The notes under the pieces are model-generated. The model was not told the DNA's origin. It did not search any database and saw nothing but the letters and a program-made list of their open reading frames with translations. The position numbers were made by a program, and so were the translations under genes. A stretch of 63,926 nt of DNA, counting the filler, from Intoshia linei (taxonomy: Eukaryota; Animalia; Orthonectida), in the NCBI GenBank assembly GCA_001642005.1. It is 8 parts of 8 records of this genome, joined end to end, with 100 filler letters (N's around TTAATTAATTAA, not from the genome) between each part and the next. Parts side by side here need not be neighbours in the genome. Positions count along the whole stretch, not along the records: positions 35,229 to 45,175 come from LWCA01001323.1; positions 45,276 to 51,540 come from LWCA01001712.1; positions 51,641 to 60,836 come from LWCA01001387.1; 5 more parts are not named here. One strand, written 5' to 3'. This document shows, in pieces, positions 40,021 to 52,938 of this stretch (position 1 is its first letter; each line of letters starts with the position of its first letter).

Positions 40021-40445
40021 CAGGGGTCGCAAGAAAACTTATTAACACTGTTATTTTTTTAAACTTGAAGTAAAAAATTTAAATGTATCTACAAATAAAT
40101 TTACATTTACATTAAAATTTTTATAAATTATCACTCATTTGAATATCTCGTTTATCATTTATAAAATTTAAATAATTACTTTATTACTAAAACGGATCTA
40201 TAAAAACGTTAATATATCAATGAAAACATTGGCTAACAAAACAAAAAACCGAAAAAGAAGATACAGTAAATCATTTTTACAATATGGATTTACAACATCA
40301 ATTTAAAATAATGAAGATCAACCTCTTTGTGTAGTATGCAATGAAATTTTAGTAAACGAAAGTATGAAGCCCTCAAAACTAAAAAGACATTTGAATTCAA
40401 AGCATGCTATGTACGCTGATAAACCTATTGAATTTTTTGAAATAA
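40021..40445 (+). mobile_element. hAT (Buster/ZBED5-like) transposon 5' end with BED finger
   Basis: CAGGGGTCGC terminus; KRRYSKSFLQYGFT...PLCVVCNEILVNESMKPSKLKRHLNSKH...KPIEFF. Confidence 0.88.
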
Positions 40446-40872
40446 AATTTTTTTATAAAATGAACAATTCAGTGAATACAACTGTAATATTAATAAACTA
40501 CAGTTCGATTTAGATCTAGTTTATAGCTACGAGAAAGTATATTCAAAATATAATTTTCTGTATACTTAATTAATATACAATTTCATATTAAGCGTTATCT
40601 TACTACAACAACTTTGTTAATATCAGTTTTATATTTATTAAAATCCTTTGCAATATTGGTAAAATTCGCCTGAAATATGTTTATAAAGTGAAGATTCGGT
40701 TCATTATTGATACATAATTGGTATTTTTAAGTATTTATTAAATTGGTACTGAATACATATCATCACATTGAAAATGATAAAATAGGTTTTTGTAATTTTA
40801 TTTTTTCTGGAATTTTTGCTATTTATGACAATTTTTCTCTAAGTACCCATGTCATTTATTTCTTTTTAATTC

Positions 40873-41050
40873 AAGGGATAGCCAACCTCACTATTTAATT
40901 AAAAATGGGCTAAACGTGAGGATATTCCTGGAGAGTTAAATTGCATTTTACAACCGTTAGTACCGAAAGAAATGATACTGTCACCACCTCTGCATCTAAA
41001 ATTGGGGTTCGCCAAACAGTTTCTAACCATGCTGTATAAGCAGAGTGATA
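40873..41050 (+). mobile_element. Chapaev/CMC-type transposase fragment
   Basis: WAKREDIPGELNCILQPLVPKEMILSPPLHLKLGFAKQFL matches the PPLHIKLGLxKQF signature. Confidence 0.75.
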
Positions 41051-41310
41051 ATAACATAAAATATAGAAATGTTAACCCGTTAGTGCTCGCGCTTTTTTAT
41101 AACGTAAACGCTCGCAGACTAATGCTCCATTTTTAATCGACTAATTCCATAAAAATTTTTCTATACTATTTTCACAAGGATATTTAAAATGATGAGCGCA
41201 ACTCGAATCGACATCTTTGTAACACCCCATTCTAGATTATTTTATATATCATGATAATACACCATTTCCGCACTAACGGCCCTTAATTATTTGATGGGTG
41301 TGACACCCTA

Positions 41311-42076
41311 ATGTACATAACTACTTCAAGTATAGCAGATCTGATATGATATTGTATTTTCACTTTTCAGCTTCTGCGATGATGGCTGCTCGGTTCACCA
41401 TTCACGCAAGTTTGGATAATTCTGACACAGGTGTCACATACAAAATATCCAGAACAATCAATATTCAGGGTAACATGCTTGAAATATTTGACTTGCCGTA
41501 CATGCAGGAAACCCCATATTCTCAGACTGAACCAATTTAGTCAGTTAGGACTGATCTTTTTTCCAATATAATGTCTCCTGAGGCAACAGAAACTAGACCT
41601 ATAGTTTTAGCAGTGTGGATAGCATTCCACGGGTTGGAAGTTGCTGTTCGTGCGGTGTTTGATGGAATCCTATTACCAAACAATATATGAACCCGTTGTA
41701 TTTAGACAAATGGATAGAATAGACTCTTCATCTGTCATGATGGGAAAAAACTGAACCAGGCGCGAATTTAAACGGAATATCATGTTCTTCTCAATCCATT
41801 TACCATATCATGAAAAGGGTGTCAGGTGTTTATGTAATACTTTTAGACACAACATACTAGATTGGAAAGACACGTCCCTGTTAAGTCCAGTGTGGCACGT
41901 TGTTTGCCATGTTGAAGTATAATCATGGAGGTTTCAAAGTTTTGGTAAATCCTGATTTTGCTTATTTTGGAGCTATAACTACTGCTGACGATACTCCTAT
42001 AACTGCTATAACAGTTCCAAAAACTTATTTAACTGGGATAGGTAGCGTTCTCATTACAAATCCTTCACCGTTGTAG
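41311..42076 (+). pseudogene. Endogenous viral element: picorna-like capsid (jelly-roll) fragment
   Basis: NYFKYSRSDMILYFHFSASAMMAARFTI ... SRTINIQGNMLEIFDLPYMQETPY ... IVLAVWIA, and a second domain start LFAMLKYNHGGFKVLV; these fit the FxYWRGS..F.F.....ARL and F.VPY....PW motifs of Picornavirales capsids; stops and frameshifts present. Confidence 0.72.
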
Positions 42077-42625
42077 TGAGAAATGAAAATCAAAACGAGA
42101 GTGAATTGATGGGAGCAATAAATACAGGGTTTATATTGTTATGTATAAAGTTTTTAAATCTAATAGATTTAGTTCAATCACATCGGAGGACTGTAGTGCA
42201 TTTTACAGGTAAATGCTTAGTTACGTAGATCGAAGCTTGAACAGCGAGTGATTGCATAATAATAAAATATTTTGACATGTCAATAGAGATTGAATAAGAT
42301 TAAATTTTAAAACGGTGTGTTTAAAATTGAAAGCGGTATTAATAAATAATTTACATATTTACTCAAAGGGCCACTGGTTGCCAGCCCTGCTATAGTGTGT
42401 GACTAATATGAACATTAAAAAATGTTATCACAGAATTGTCAATGTAAAAGTTTAAAATTTTTAAAATAAAATATAAAGTATATATTTAAATCTCGATTAG
42501 TAAGATAGTGATATATTACAGTGCTGGCAATGTATCGAAATATTTTTATCGATTTCCAGCACTAATCACAAACCAATTATTAACTAATCGGTTGAAAATT
42601 ACGCAAAAAATTAAAAATTATTAAC

Positions 42626-44586
42626 CTTTTATTGGTAATTTCTTTAATGCAGACAACAACGTCCTTAATAGATTTAATTGAAACGGTAATTTTTCTGCAA
42701 CCAGGTGATTTTAAAATTTTTTGGATTAATGACATTGTTTCCGCCAATATATTCTGCGGACACATATCTATTTTTGTAACAACAATAATTAAAGGTAAAT
42801 CGAGGGCTAATATTAAACTTAAATGTTCTTTAGTCATTCCTATTATACCAGCGTTAGCACCAATCTACATAAACAACTATAAAAAATAAAAGTACAAAAA
42901 ATAATTAATAATAAATAATTATAACTATTCAGATAAAATTTAAAAGTATACCACCAAGACACTATGGTGCGGTTTATTTGACGTCATACCAAAAACTGTC
43001 GTTTTAAAATACTTTTCATGTCCGGCCAAATCAATAAAAGTTATTATCTAAAATAATAATTAAATAAAAAGTCAATAGTTTCACAGATGCAACCAGAAAA
43101 TGAAAAATAGACCAAAAAAATTACTAACCGATGCAGTGTCATATAGCCCTACCCAGATCTATAATGCTCTTGAATTGATGTAATATATTTTAAATTTAAC
43201 ACACAAAATAGTTGATATTGAAGATATAATTTTTTAATGCTTAATTTCAAAAAATAAGGTCTCAATTTTAGAAAAATTTCTTCAAACCCCTCGATACCCT
43301 CATTTTTATACAGAATATTTGTATTAAGGAAAATTATCATGTTAATATATTGTTTAATTTTCTTTTTATAATTTTAAGGACTCGATTAAATAAAACGATG
43401 CAATAAAATAATATACCTTTGACGAATTAATTCGAACATTTTTCCAATCCACCTTTCCTTTAATTGGTTTTACATAGTCACAATCCTCGTTGAACCCCAA
43501 AATGTAATTAGAAACACTACTAGTTCTCCCACTTGTTTTTTCGTGTAAATGCTGATGCAAACGTCCTCGGGTTAAACCCCTTCCGTCGTCTAATTGGTCC
43601 AACGTCAACACACCTAGAAATGATGTTTTTCCAGCGTCCACGTTTCCAAGAATGGCTATTCTAATATTAAAAAATAATACAAACAATAAATATCGCACTA
43701 ATGATAAAACTTTTTTGAAAATAATTTTTTAATAATTACAATTGTTTATCATCTTTTGAACGATTACTCCTATGTAACATCCGATTCGATTTTGTAACAT
43801 ATTGATTAATACATTGTTTTTAAACATTTTTGGTAAATTTACCGACTTTTACAAAATTTTTCACAAAATTTTTGTCAAAAAGTGAAAATATTCAGATCAT
43901 TCAATTTTTTATTTATGTATATATATATATTTTTTATCGTAATTATGTAATTGCTTTCTTATTAGTTTCATAAATTAGATTTATAATTTTATAAAGATTC
44001 GTTTTCAGTGTTCCATACCCTTCAAAGCTTTGCAGTGAACAGTATATATTTTAATATTGTAAAGCAAAACACAAAAAACAAATTTTAACCATTCTAATCA
44101 ACGGTTACATATATACAAAAGCAAAAAATAACTTACCTAACCTCGATATATATGCTATTGATCATATTTTTTCGTATTAAAAAATGTTGAATTTCATTTC
44201 CATCTTCCAATTTTTCAGCAAGTATTAATGTGGATTTACACTTTAAAATTGTACAAATTTTTTCCAAAGTTTCTAATGATAATTCCATTTGTGATGCTGT
44301 TATACCACGTTCTTTTGATTTTCCTAAAAATTTAAAATTAACAAAATAAAAGAATGTAATCAAGAATATAAAATTAAAAAACCTTCCAATCCAATAGTCA
44401 AAATACATTCTCCACTTCTAATGTATATTTTTTCTTCAATATCATTACACAACAAATCCATTACAGGCTGAGAAGGTTCTACATATACTTCCTAATAAAA
44501 TACATTTAAATAAAATGTAGATTTACCTTTCTGTCAATATTGTAGTCAATTTTTTCTTCATTTTTTATCAATTCTTTTTCGTTCAT
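42626..44586 (-). CDS. GTPBP1: GTP-binding protein 1 (translational GTPase), 5' exons only
   Basis: [77 protein letters not shown]; ends at a GT donor; domain II/III exons not seen. Confidence 0.92.
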
Positions 44587-45275
44587 TTCCTCGATTATGA
44601 TGAATATCAGCTGTCAGTATAAACTGTATATTTTATGAGTCAATGCAAATATTTTTTCAAAATGTAATATGTTCGCATGGTTTTATAATTTATTTAGACT
44701 GATAATTTTTTTAAATTTGAAATTATAAATTATTCACTTTGTTAATATATGTTTCTGGGTTTATTTTTACGTCAATTGGAATATATCGTTTAATCTCAAT
44801 ATACTTTCTATATATATATTTCTTAGTTTGATTAATTGTTCCATTTCTCATTTTAAGTTTATTTAGATTAGGTTGGTTAATTCTCGTGTCAACTAGGTTA
44901 TTCATTTTTAGGTAAAAAATTTTAATGAAAAACAGATACAGTAGTTTCTCGTTTATAAGTACACTAGGGCAGTGGTTTTCAACCTTTTTGTGTTCGCGAC
45001 CCCTTATAAACATCATATCAGTTCACATTTCAAATTTTCGAAAAAATGTGACTCCCTAATGTACATCCATCTTACTATAAGACTTATAATTAGAGTCGAC
45101 ATTTTATAGCACTAAAAATTAGATGATAATGCTAATTTTATTGACTTTATACAATTGTGAGCCTGTAATTTTGCANNNNNNNNNNNNNNNNNNNNNNNNN
45201 NNNNNNNNNNNNNNNNNNNTTAATTAATTAANNNNNNNNNNNNNNNNNNNNNNNNNNNNNNNNNNNNNNNNNNNN

Positions 45276-45787
45276 TAAACTAAAGTCAATTTTTGGTGCA
45301 ATACTATCGTCAAATTCTAAAAGTTTCATAATAATCAATTCGTCATTATTTTTTTTACTACATAATCTGCTTGATATTTTTTGATCAAATCAGTATAAAA
45401 AACTTGCCAATCAAGAGAAAAAGTACCCATGGCTTGAAATTCAGAAAGCTCATCATTTGAGTTGCGATCTTCAATTAAATATTCCTACTACTAAACTATC
45501 TATCAATTTTTGAATCAGTCTGTCTTAGACAGCTTGAAGGAACATCAAATATTGAAGGAGAATTAACTGGCCTAAATCTACCATATACTTTTTTAGTAGG
45601 ATAATTCTCCGGTCAGTGTTTCTCACACACACATATTTTTTGTAACAACATCAGAAAAAACATTAGGCATGGCACTTATCTATTTTACTTTTTCCTCTTC
45701 AATAGATTAAAATCCATAGGTTTTTACCTTCTCACATCCTTCATCATAATTCGTACGGCAATTTGGTGAGGAAAACTTTCGTGGCAT
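45276..45787 (-). mobile_element. THAP-domain (P-element/THAP9-like) transposase 5' remnant
   Basis: MPRKFSSPNCRTNY...YGF*...VCEKH*P...PSIF, a decayed C2CH THAP finger running into the gap. Confidence 0.7.
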
Positions 45788-46379
45788 AATAAGTAGAAAA
45801 CAGCTGAAAAAAGATTAAATGTTATTTAAATGTTGAACGCGGTATTGTTATTTATTAGTTTGTTTCATAAGTAATGTCGTTTTTATTGTAACTTTATTAT
45901 AAATCACTATATCTTTACAAATATTTACTGTAAGCGCGTTATTTTTTTTTTACGAAATATGAACAAGTGTGTATTCGATGAAAGAGTAATTTCCGATGAC
46001 AAACATATTATTATATATCTTAGAGCAAAAAAAAATTCCGCCTAGTGTTTTTTTTACTAGAATGTCTCGTATTCCGTCCTGGTTTAAGCTGTCCTTGGTT
46101 CATACCAGATAATAACGAACGCCAATCACCACCTGAACTGTGAACATCCGTGATTTGCTGTCTTTTTCTATTTTTGTCATATCTTTTAGCATTAACTTTA
46201 CGGTATATGTGCAATATTCATTTTAACGACAATTAGGTAATTTAAATTTATTTTGCTTATTTTAAAAATTTAATATTCTCGTTTTGAAGTTTACTATTCT
46301 CATTTTGAAGTTTATTATTCATATTTTGAAATTAAAAAAGTATAATAATGTAGAATTAAATTAATCATCTTTTTTGCAG

Positions 46380-46925
46380 AATCAATTATGTACAATTTTT
46401 AAATCTATTTACAAATAAATGCATTGATAATGCCAAAAATGCCAATTTGTTATGCCATAAAATCGATTTTGATGAATGTAATTTCAAAAAAAAGGTAAAT
46501 TTATTTTCAGATAACCTATTTCAATGAAATACATTAATGTAAACTTTTTAATATCAAAATTTAATATTAAATAACGTTAAAATTGATACAATGCTTAAAA
46601 ATATATATTATTACTGATCAGCCATTGTCTCATATTGTACTTTTGTTAAAGGACTAAAATTATCGTCCCTTTTCTTAACTATTGCATTTATTTTATACAC
46701 TCTAATTAGATGTGTCAGAATCAAAAACTGTTGATTCGAACCTGTAAAAAATTGGACAATAAAGGAGAAATGGTGTTGCCAATAAAGGAATTCAAATCAA
46801 TACTAGAGTTGATAAATATAATTATATCAGATGAACAATTGTACAAAATAACGAGCAAATATGATAAAAATCTATCTGGAAAATTACCCTACTTGAAACT
46901 TATAAAGGAATATACCAAAGTATAA
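46380..46925 (+). CDS. EF-hand protein, last two exons (EFCAB6-like)
   Basis: Exon 46380-46494 INYVQFLNLF; exon 46710-46925 CKKLDNKGEMVLPIKEFKSIL...KYDKNLSGKLPYLKLIKEY*. Confidence 0.65.
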
Positions 46926-47609
46926 ACTGAATTGTTGTTATTCAATATTTATTAAATTTATAAATATGAAGCATAATTTCATAATTTTATTGAACTTAAA
47001 TTAAATTTTCTATTCGTCCTTTATTATCATTTTGGCTATTGTTTCCATGTCTGATACCTTAATTTATATTAAAATTTAATGTTTAAATGTTAATTGATTT
47101 TTTTAATTTAATTTAATAACATTTTTAAAAATTTACTTCAGTTGAGTCATTGTTTTTATTGTTAAAAGTTTTCTTTATCGTTTTTTGTCTATATTTAAAT
47201 AAAGATCATGAGCATAGCAAACATGCTCAAAATTATAATACATTATAATTATTTATATTAATGATAACAGTACAACGAAAAAAAACTTTTTTTCACCTGG
47301 TTAAATTAATTACACTTATATGAGATTTTTATTTCATTAATATGATCAAGAATGTAATCAGTTTTTCTATATCACGGATAGATTTTTTAAATACTGTGCA
47401 CTGAAAAATTTGACAGGGTACACTTGATACTATAAAATAAAATGACCAGAAAAAATACGTACTATCAATTTTAGTTTATTTGGTGATAAATGTAAAGCAA
47501 AAACTACTTATCTATGATGACGAATAAAAATTTTTGGCTTAAAATTTATTCCAAATAAACTAAGTGATAGCACGTATTTTTCTGGCCACTTTTAAAGTGT
47601 CGTTTAAAC

Positions 47610-48533
47610 TGTTTAAGGGTCAAAAACCCCTGTTGTCCCTCTTTTTGAAAATTAAACAAGTTGGAGAATTTAAAAAAATATATACGCTGATGCGGATTTT
47701 AAAATCCTAAACAAAAAAATTTACAGGTGGTAGAGTTGTATCATGTTACCACACATAAAAAATTTCAATCCGAATAAGTGACGACTTCACGGTCAAAAAA
47801 GCATTTTAGTATTCATATATTTTTTTTCCGAAATATTTTATTAAAACAAAAAATATGAAATAATTAACGGTCCGAAAATTTAAAAAAAGGATTATTCTGA
47901 TAGAGCTTATTCCAGTTGATATAAATACAAAATTTCAACCCCAGAAATCTACGTATTCTCGGTAAAAAATAATTTTTAATATATTATCAACCAATATTTT
48001 TCAAATATTTCGATTAAAATAAAAAATTGAAAATGACAAAATAGGTTTTTATAATTTTATTTTACTGGACTTTATGCTATTTATGACAATTTTTAGGATT
48101 GGACTGTTTTTACTTTATTTTTAATATTATACACACATTTTGTCTAATAAAATTGGACTGTTTTTACTTTATTTTTAATATTATACACACATTCTGTCTA
48201 ATAAAATTAAAAAGTTTTAACTTTATTTTTAATATTATACACACATTCTGTCTAATAAATTAAAAAAATGGGATAATTGTTTTTAAAATTCTTTACGCTA
48301 GTGTTAACTAAAAAAATTAAAATGGAATAATTCACTTTAAAGTAAAAAGTAATGTGATATGACGGTTCCACCTGAAACAAAATTTGGGACTACTCTTTTA
48401 AAAAATTGATAATAGTTAATAATAGGATTTTTAAATTAGATTTTCAACGTGAATTTATTTTTTTGGTATAATAAAAGAGTGCCCTCTGCAGAGCTAGGTG
48501 CTGTTTGTACATAGTACAGAACAGCCAAGCTAG
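47610..48533 (+). mobile_element. Non-autonomous Helitron-like element, 3' part
   Basis: Ends with hairpin GCTGTTTGTAC-ATA-GTACAGAACAGC then CTAG|T; similar 3' ends at about 10814, 13275, 20116, 59369 and 22942 (minus); about 53-bp tandem triplication at 48095-48262. Confidence 0.8.
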
Positions 48534-48758
48534 TTGTTTATATTATTGCATAATGCATAACTAACAACAATAAAGTTATCATTTTTTTTGAAATAAGGTT
48601 ATTATTTATTATTATTTTCAGGCCGAGGAAATAACAGTATTTTGTACATTTTGTTCGATAATTATGTTCTAAATAACATTTGGGACACTCAGTAAAATAT
48701 AATTTTTTTAATTGACAAAAAGAGTCAAAAGTGCACACCCTAATATGCATAAATGAAA

Positions 48759-50046
48759 TCATATAACTGCGTACCTTTCTACTCTTAGATTTACGCTAAG
48801 TTTCCGAGAGCGATAATTTTCATATAGTGTATTGTCTGTAATGTCTTTTAGATCATGAATATACTTTGTGAGTAAAGTTTTCAACATCGTAAAATCACAA
48901 TATTGCGGATTTTCAATATTAACGAAACCCCACGAATATTCTCTGCCCAATATTTTTCGATCTGATAATAATTTTGATGAATTTGCGCCTATAACAGCAA
49001 ATGGCATGCATTTGTTTATATTTGATAACTCATTCAAATAATCATTATCTTCTTCATCGTAATCTATCATTTTATACACGTTTATGTTATTTTCTTTTAT
49101 TTGCTCCAAGATCTAGAATGCTGAGTTTAATTCAATTTTATTGTAATATATTTTAAATTACTTTTGTTTTTAGATTATGCACTTCTCCTTTAGTCAATAT
49201 GTCTGATTTTGCAATCACTAAAATTATATTTACTATATCGTCGATTTTTTTTAAATCTTCAATATCGGTTTCTTTTAGTCTAAATAAAAGTTTTTTTATA
49301 CCATGCAAAATTTATTCAAAGTGGGTCTACGGTTTCTAATTTCATACTTCATATTCAAAATTCAAATAAGAATGATATAATTAAATACGTTAAGAAATCA
49401 ATTTCTGCGAATGAGACCTAATTTTTAAATTCTCGGTAAAAATTAGATCATCGATGTTATACTTACAAAAATAAAGAATTTTTTTTTTAATTTACAAAAT
49501 ATTGGTTTATAAAAATTTATAAAATGTTGAAATACATTTTTGACCGGTAGGATGCAAATTTCAAGATTGAAACTTGACTTTATTTGATATAAAAAAACTA
49601 TTGCAATAATACATTTTTAAAATACAAACTTTTTACTTACAACTTACAATTCAAACTTAGATGAATAATAATTTATTAAATATTGCCTAATAAAATAAAA
49701 TTTGTTATTTTGACCTTGAAGCTGACTCAGACTTAGATTGAAATTGATGGTAATCCATCTGGCGTTAAAAAATGTATAAAAATTTTTGCATGATTATTTT
49801 TTTTTATAATTATTTACTAATTTATTTATTTTTTATCAACTAACCGATTATAATCGGATTAAAACACATATAACCGACAGACATATTTAATTTTATGTAA
49901 GTAAGGATTACTTGTTTCCAATAGGATTTAAAAAAAAGATACAGGCATGAATTCGGTTATCCACAATTTTTTGTCTATTAATTCCAGATTCCCAATTGTA
50001 ATGTTCATCAAATTTCTCCGAAATAAAATTTATGATTGGTTGGATT
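48759..50046 (-). CDS. Septin, last three exons
   Basis: ESGINRQKIVDNRIHACIFFLNP; VNIILVIAKSDILT (G4); PFAVIGAN; GREYSWGFVNIENPQYCDF; LYENYRSRKL. Confidence 0.92.
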
Positions 50047-50890
50047 CTAGAATTAACATGAATCAGTTTATTACAACGAAACAATTAAATAAATTATTTA
50101 AATTATGAAGAACCTCTACATAACGTATATAAAATTATGTACGTTATAATTTTTATGGGCGTCTACTTAAATCTAACCATTTTTACTAAAAATCAATATT
50201 TAATAATTCCTTAATGAAAAATCCTAGTTTTACCAACCCTAAAAAGAAAATCCAGTTTTACTAACACTAATGAAAAATGTCCATTTTACCAACTATGACA
50301 GTTGTTCTCAACCCGTAATCCGCAAAACCCAGAGGTTCCGTGAAATATAAATGCGATATTTTTTAATTTAAAGTTTTTCTAAATTACTATTGTATGCAAT
50401 GAAACAACATCATTTCTCAAATTTAAATCAAATAAGTTTTAATAAAAGTATTATACGATGTGAGTATGGATTATGGATGTTTCTTCGTTGTGTGAGGGAG
50501 GCAACTGGTTTTACCGGCTAAATTCCAAGTGTTATTAATTTTTTAATTAAAAATCAAATTTTTATATATATGCGAAAAAAAATTTTGATCATGCTTTTAG
50601 GTGAAGCGATTTTTTGAAATTTCATAAGGGTTCCGCGCAGTACAAAAGTTTGAGATACACTGAACTATGACATGCGATTCTAAAACACGCTTTATTTTCC
50701 ATTTAGGCAATAAATTAGATTGCTTTATGCAAACATAGCATTCCATTTATTATTCTATTAATCAATAGTTTACCAAATTATAATTTTTAAGACCAGTTAT
50801 TTGCATTAGATAACATGTTATTACTTTGACCCTTATTTAATTGAATAAGTGTATATTTTAACGTATTATATAGCTAAATGTGAATTTATA

Positions 50891-51540
50891 TCCTCACCTA
50901 CATATTGTATATGATTTGCAATATTTGTTTGTGTGTGTGTTACCGTTTATTTCAATAACTATCTGTCTTAAAATTTTATAAGGACCACATTTCAATTACA
51001 GTTTTTTCAAGGACGTATATTATGATAAATTTCAACCTCCCAATTTAACATCTTACGGGTCAAAAACCCCAGTTGTCCCTCTTTTTGAAAATCAAACAAG
51101 TTAATAAATTTAAAAAAATATATACACTGATACGAATTTTAAAATCATAAACATTACCATAAATTTAAATTTAAAAAAATTATACCTTCATGGCCAAAAC
51201 CCCAAATTACTCTTCTTTTTTTAATGAAAACAGCCCTAGAATTTAAAACAATTTACAGGTGGTACAGTTGTATTCTGTTAACACACATAAAAAATTTCAA
51301 TCCGAATAAGTGACGACTTCACGGTAAAAAAAGCATCTTAGTATTCATATATTTTTTTCCGAAATATTTTATTTAAAACAAAAAATATGAAATAATTTAC
51401 GGTCCGAAAATTTAAAAAAATAATTATTCTGATAGAGTTTATTTCAGTTGATATAAATACAAAAGTTCAACCCCAGAAATTTACGTATTCCCGGTGAAAA
51501 ATAATTTTTAATTTATTATCAACCAATATTTTTCAAATAT
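50891..51540 (+). mobile_element. Helitron-like element, 5' part, running into gap
   Basis: A|TC start, (GT)n tract, body matches 47610-48010. Confidence 0.72.
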
Positions 51541-52938
51541 NNNNNNNNNNNNNNNNNNNNNNNNNNNNNNNNNNNNNNNNNNNNTTAATTAATTAANNNN
51601 NNNNNNNNNNNNNNNNNNNNNNNNNNNNNNNNNNNNNNNNATGAGTAGTCTGATGTTTTTGCAATAATATAAAAAACTAAAATCATAGTGGTTAGTTTAA
51701 ACTCATTTCTCATGCCGTACGACCCTAGATTTTTTTAATTTCTATCATGCAATCAAAATGTTAACACTTTAGTATATATACTATATATTACATATTATAT
51801 ATGTATATATGTTATTTATTAATATTAACAAACATAGCCAACATATAAATGGCTGATAAATATAATACTTTATATCATATATCTTGGGACTGCAGATTTT
51901 AAATTTAAATACTCAAATTTTTGTACATCTTCAGCTTCATGCGGTTATTTTTGTCAATAGTGACATGGTATAATCAGTAATTTTATGTTTATAATACTTA
52001 ATAATTTTTATTAATTCTCAATATACATAATTAATAATTCATATTCAATAATTTATAATTACTAATAATAATATAGTAATTCATAATTAATAAATTACTT
52101 ATTATTAAATTAATAATGATTTCACAACTTGTGAATCACGTTTCATATTATTCAATTAATCTAAATTCAACATACTAACATAGTTACAAACCTAAGTTGT
52201 ATTCATTCTGATATTTAAATTATATAATAATATATACATGATAATAATAATAAGTTGTTAGTAATAAATTGTTTTTAAATTGTATCCATTAACTCTATTA
52301 TCTTACTAACATTTATCCAAATTGCAACACACTTTTAATTAGCTCATTATTATTATGTCTTGAAAATGAGATTTAACTAATATATAATATTTTACACGTA
52401 TCATGTTTAATTATTATATTATGGATAGTATATGTGATGTACAATGGATAGATTGAAAATTTTATAAACATTATAGCATAAATAACCGAAATTTGAACGT
52501 CGATAAAAACCATAAAAATCGAGCTAGAATCAAATTTAAAAAATTAAAATGTATAGTTAAGAGTGGGTGTTAACACCATAAAATATAAACCATGACAACT
52601 TACCACAATGTTGTTTTTGCAAAAAAATAAAGTTAAATTTAAATTTTTTTTTTATTATTTTTAAACGGATATTTAAAATGATGAGCGCAACTCGGATAAG
52701 TATCATTAGATATTTTTAATTGCGACATAATGCTTCTATTTTAAAAATACACATATTGATTACTAACCGCCCATTAAATTCTAAAAATTTAAAAAAAATA
52801 TGACACCTATGTATGATGCATGATGCACCTCAGTATGAAGTAGTAACGTGTTTAATTCATTCTCACAAGGTATACTATAATCTCATAATTATTATAATGT
52901 AACAGGTAACACATAATATAAACTTGATATTATACAGT

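Noticed and set aside
46020-46225. GC-richer island; one minus frame reads VKLMLKDMTKIEKDSKSRMFTV, faintly like an RdRp motif F
   Set aside because: Too short and no second motif; cannot support a viral call without a search.
48095-48262. About 53-bp triple repeat
   Set aside because: Internal tandem duplication of the Helitron-like element, no spacers.
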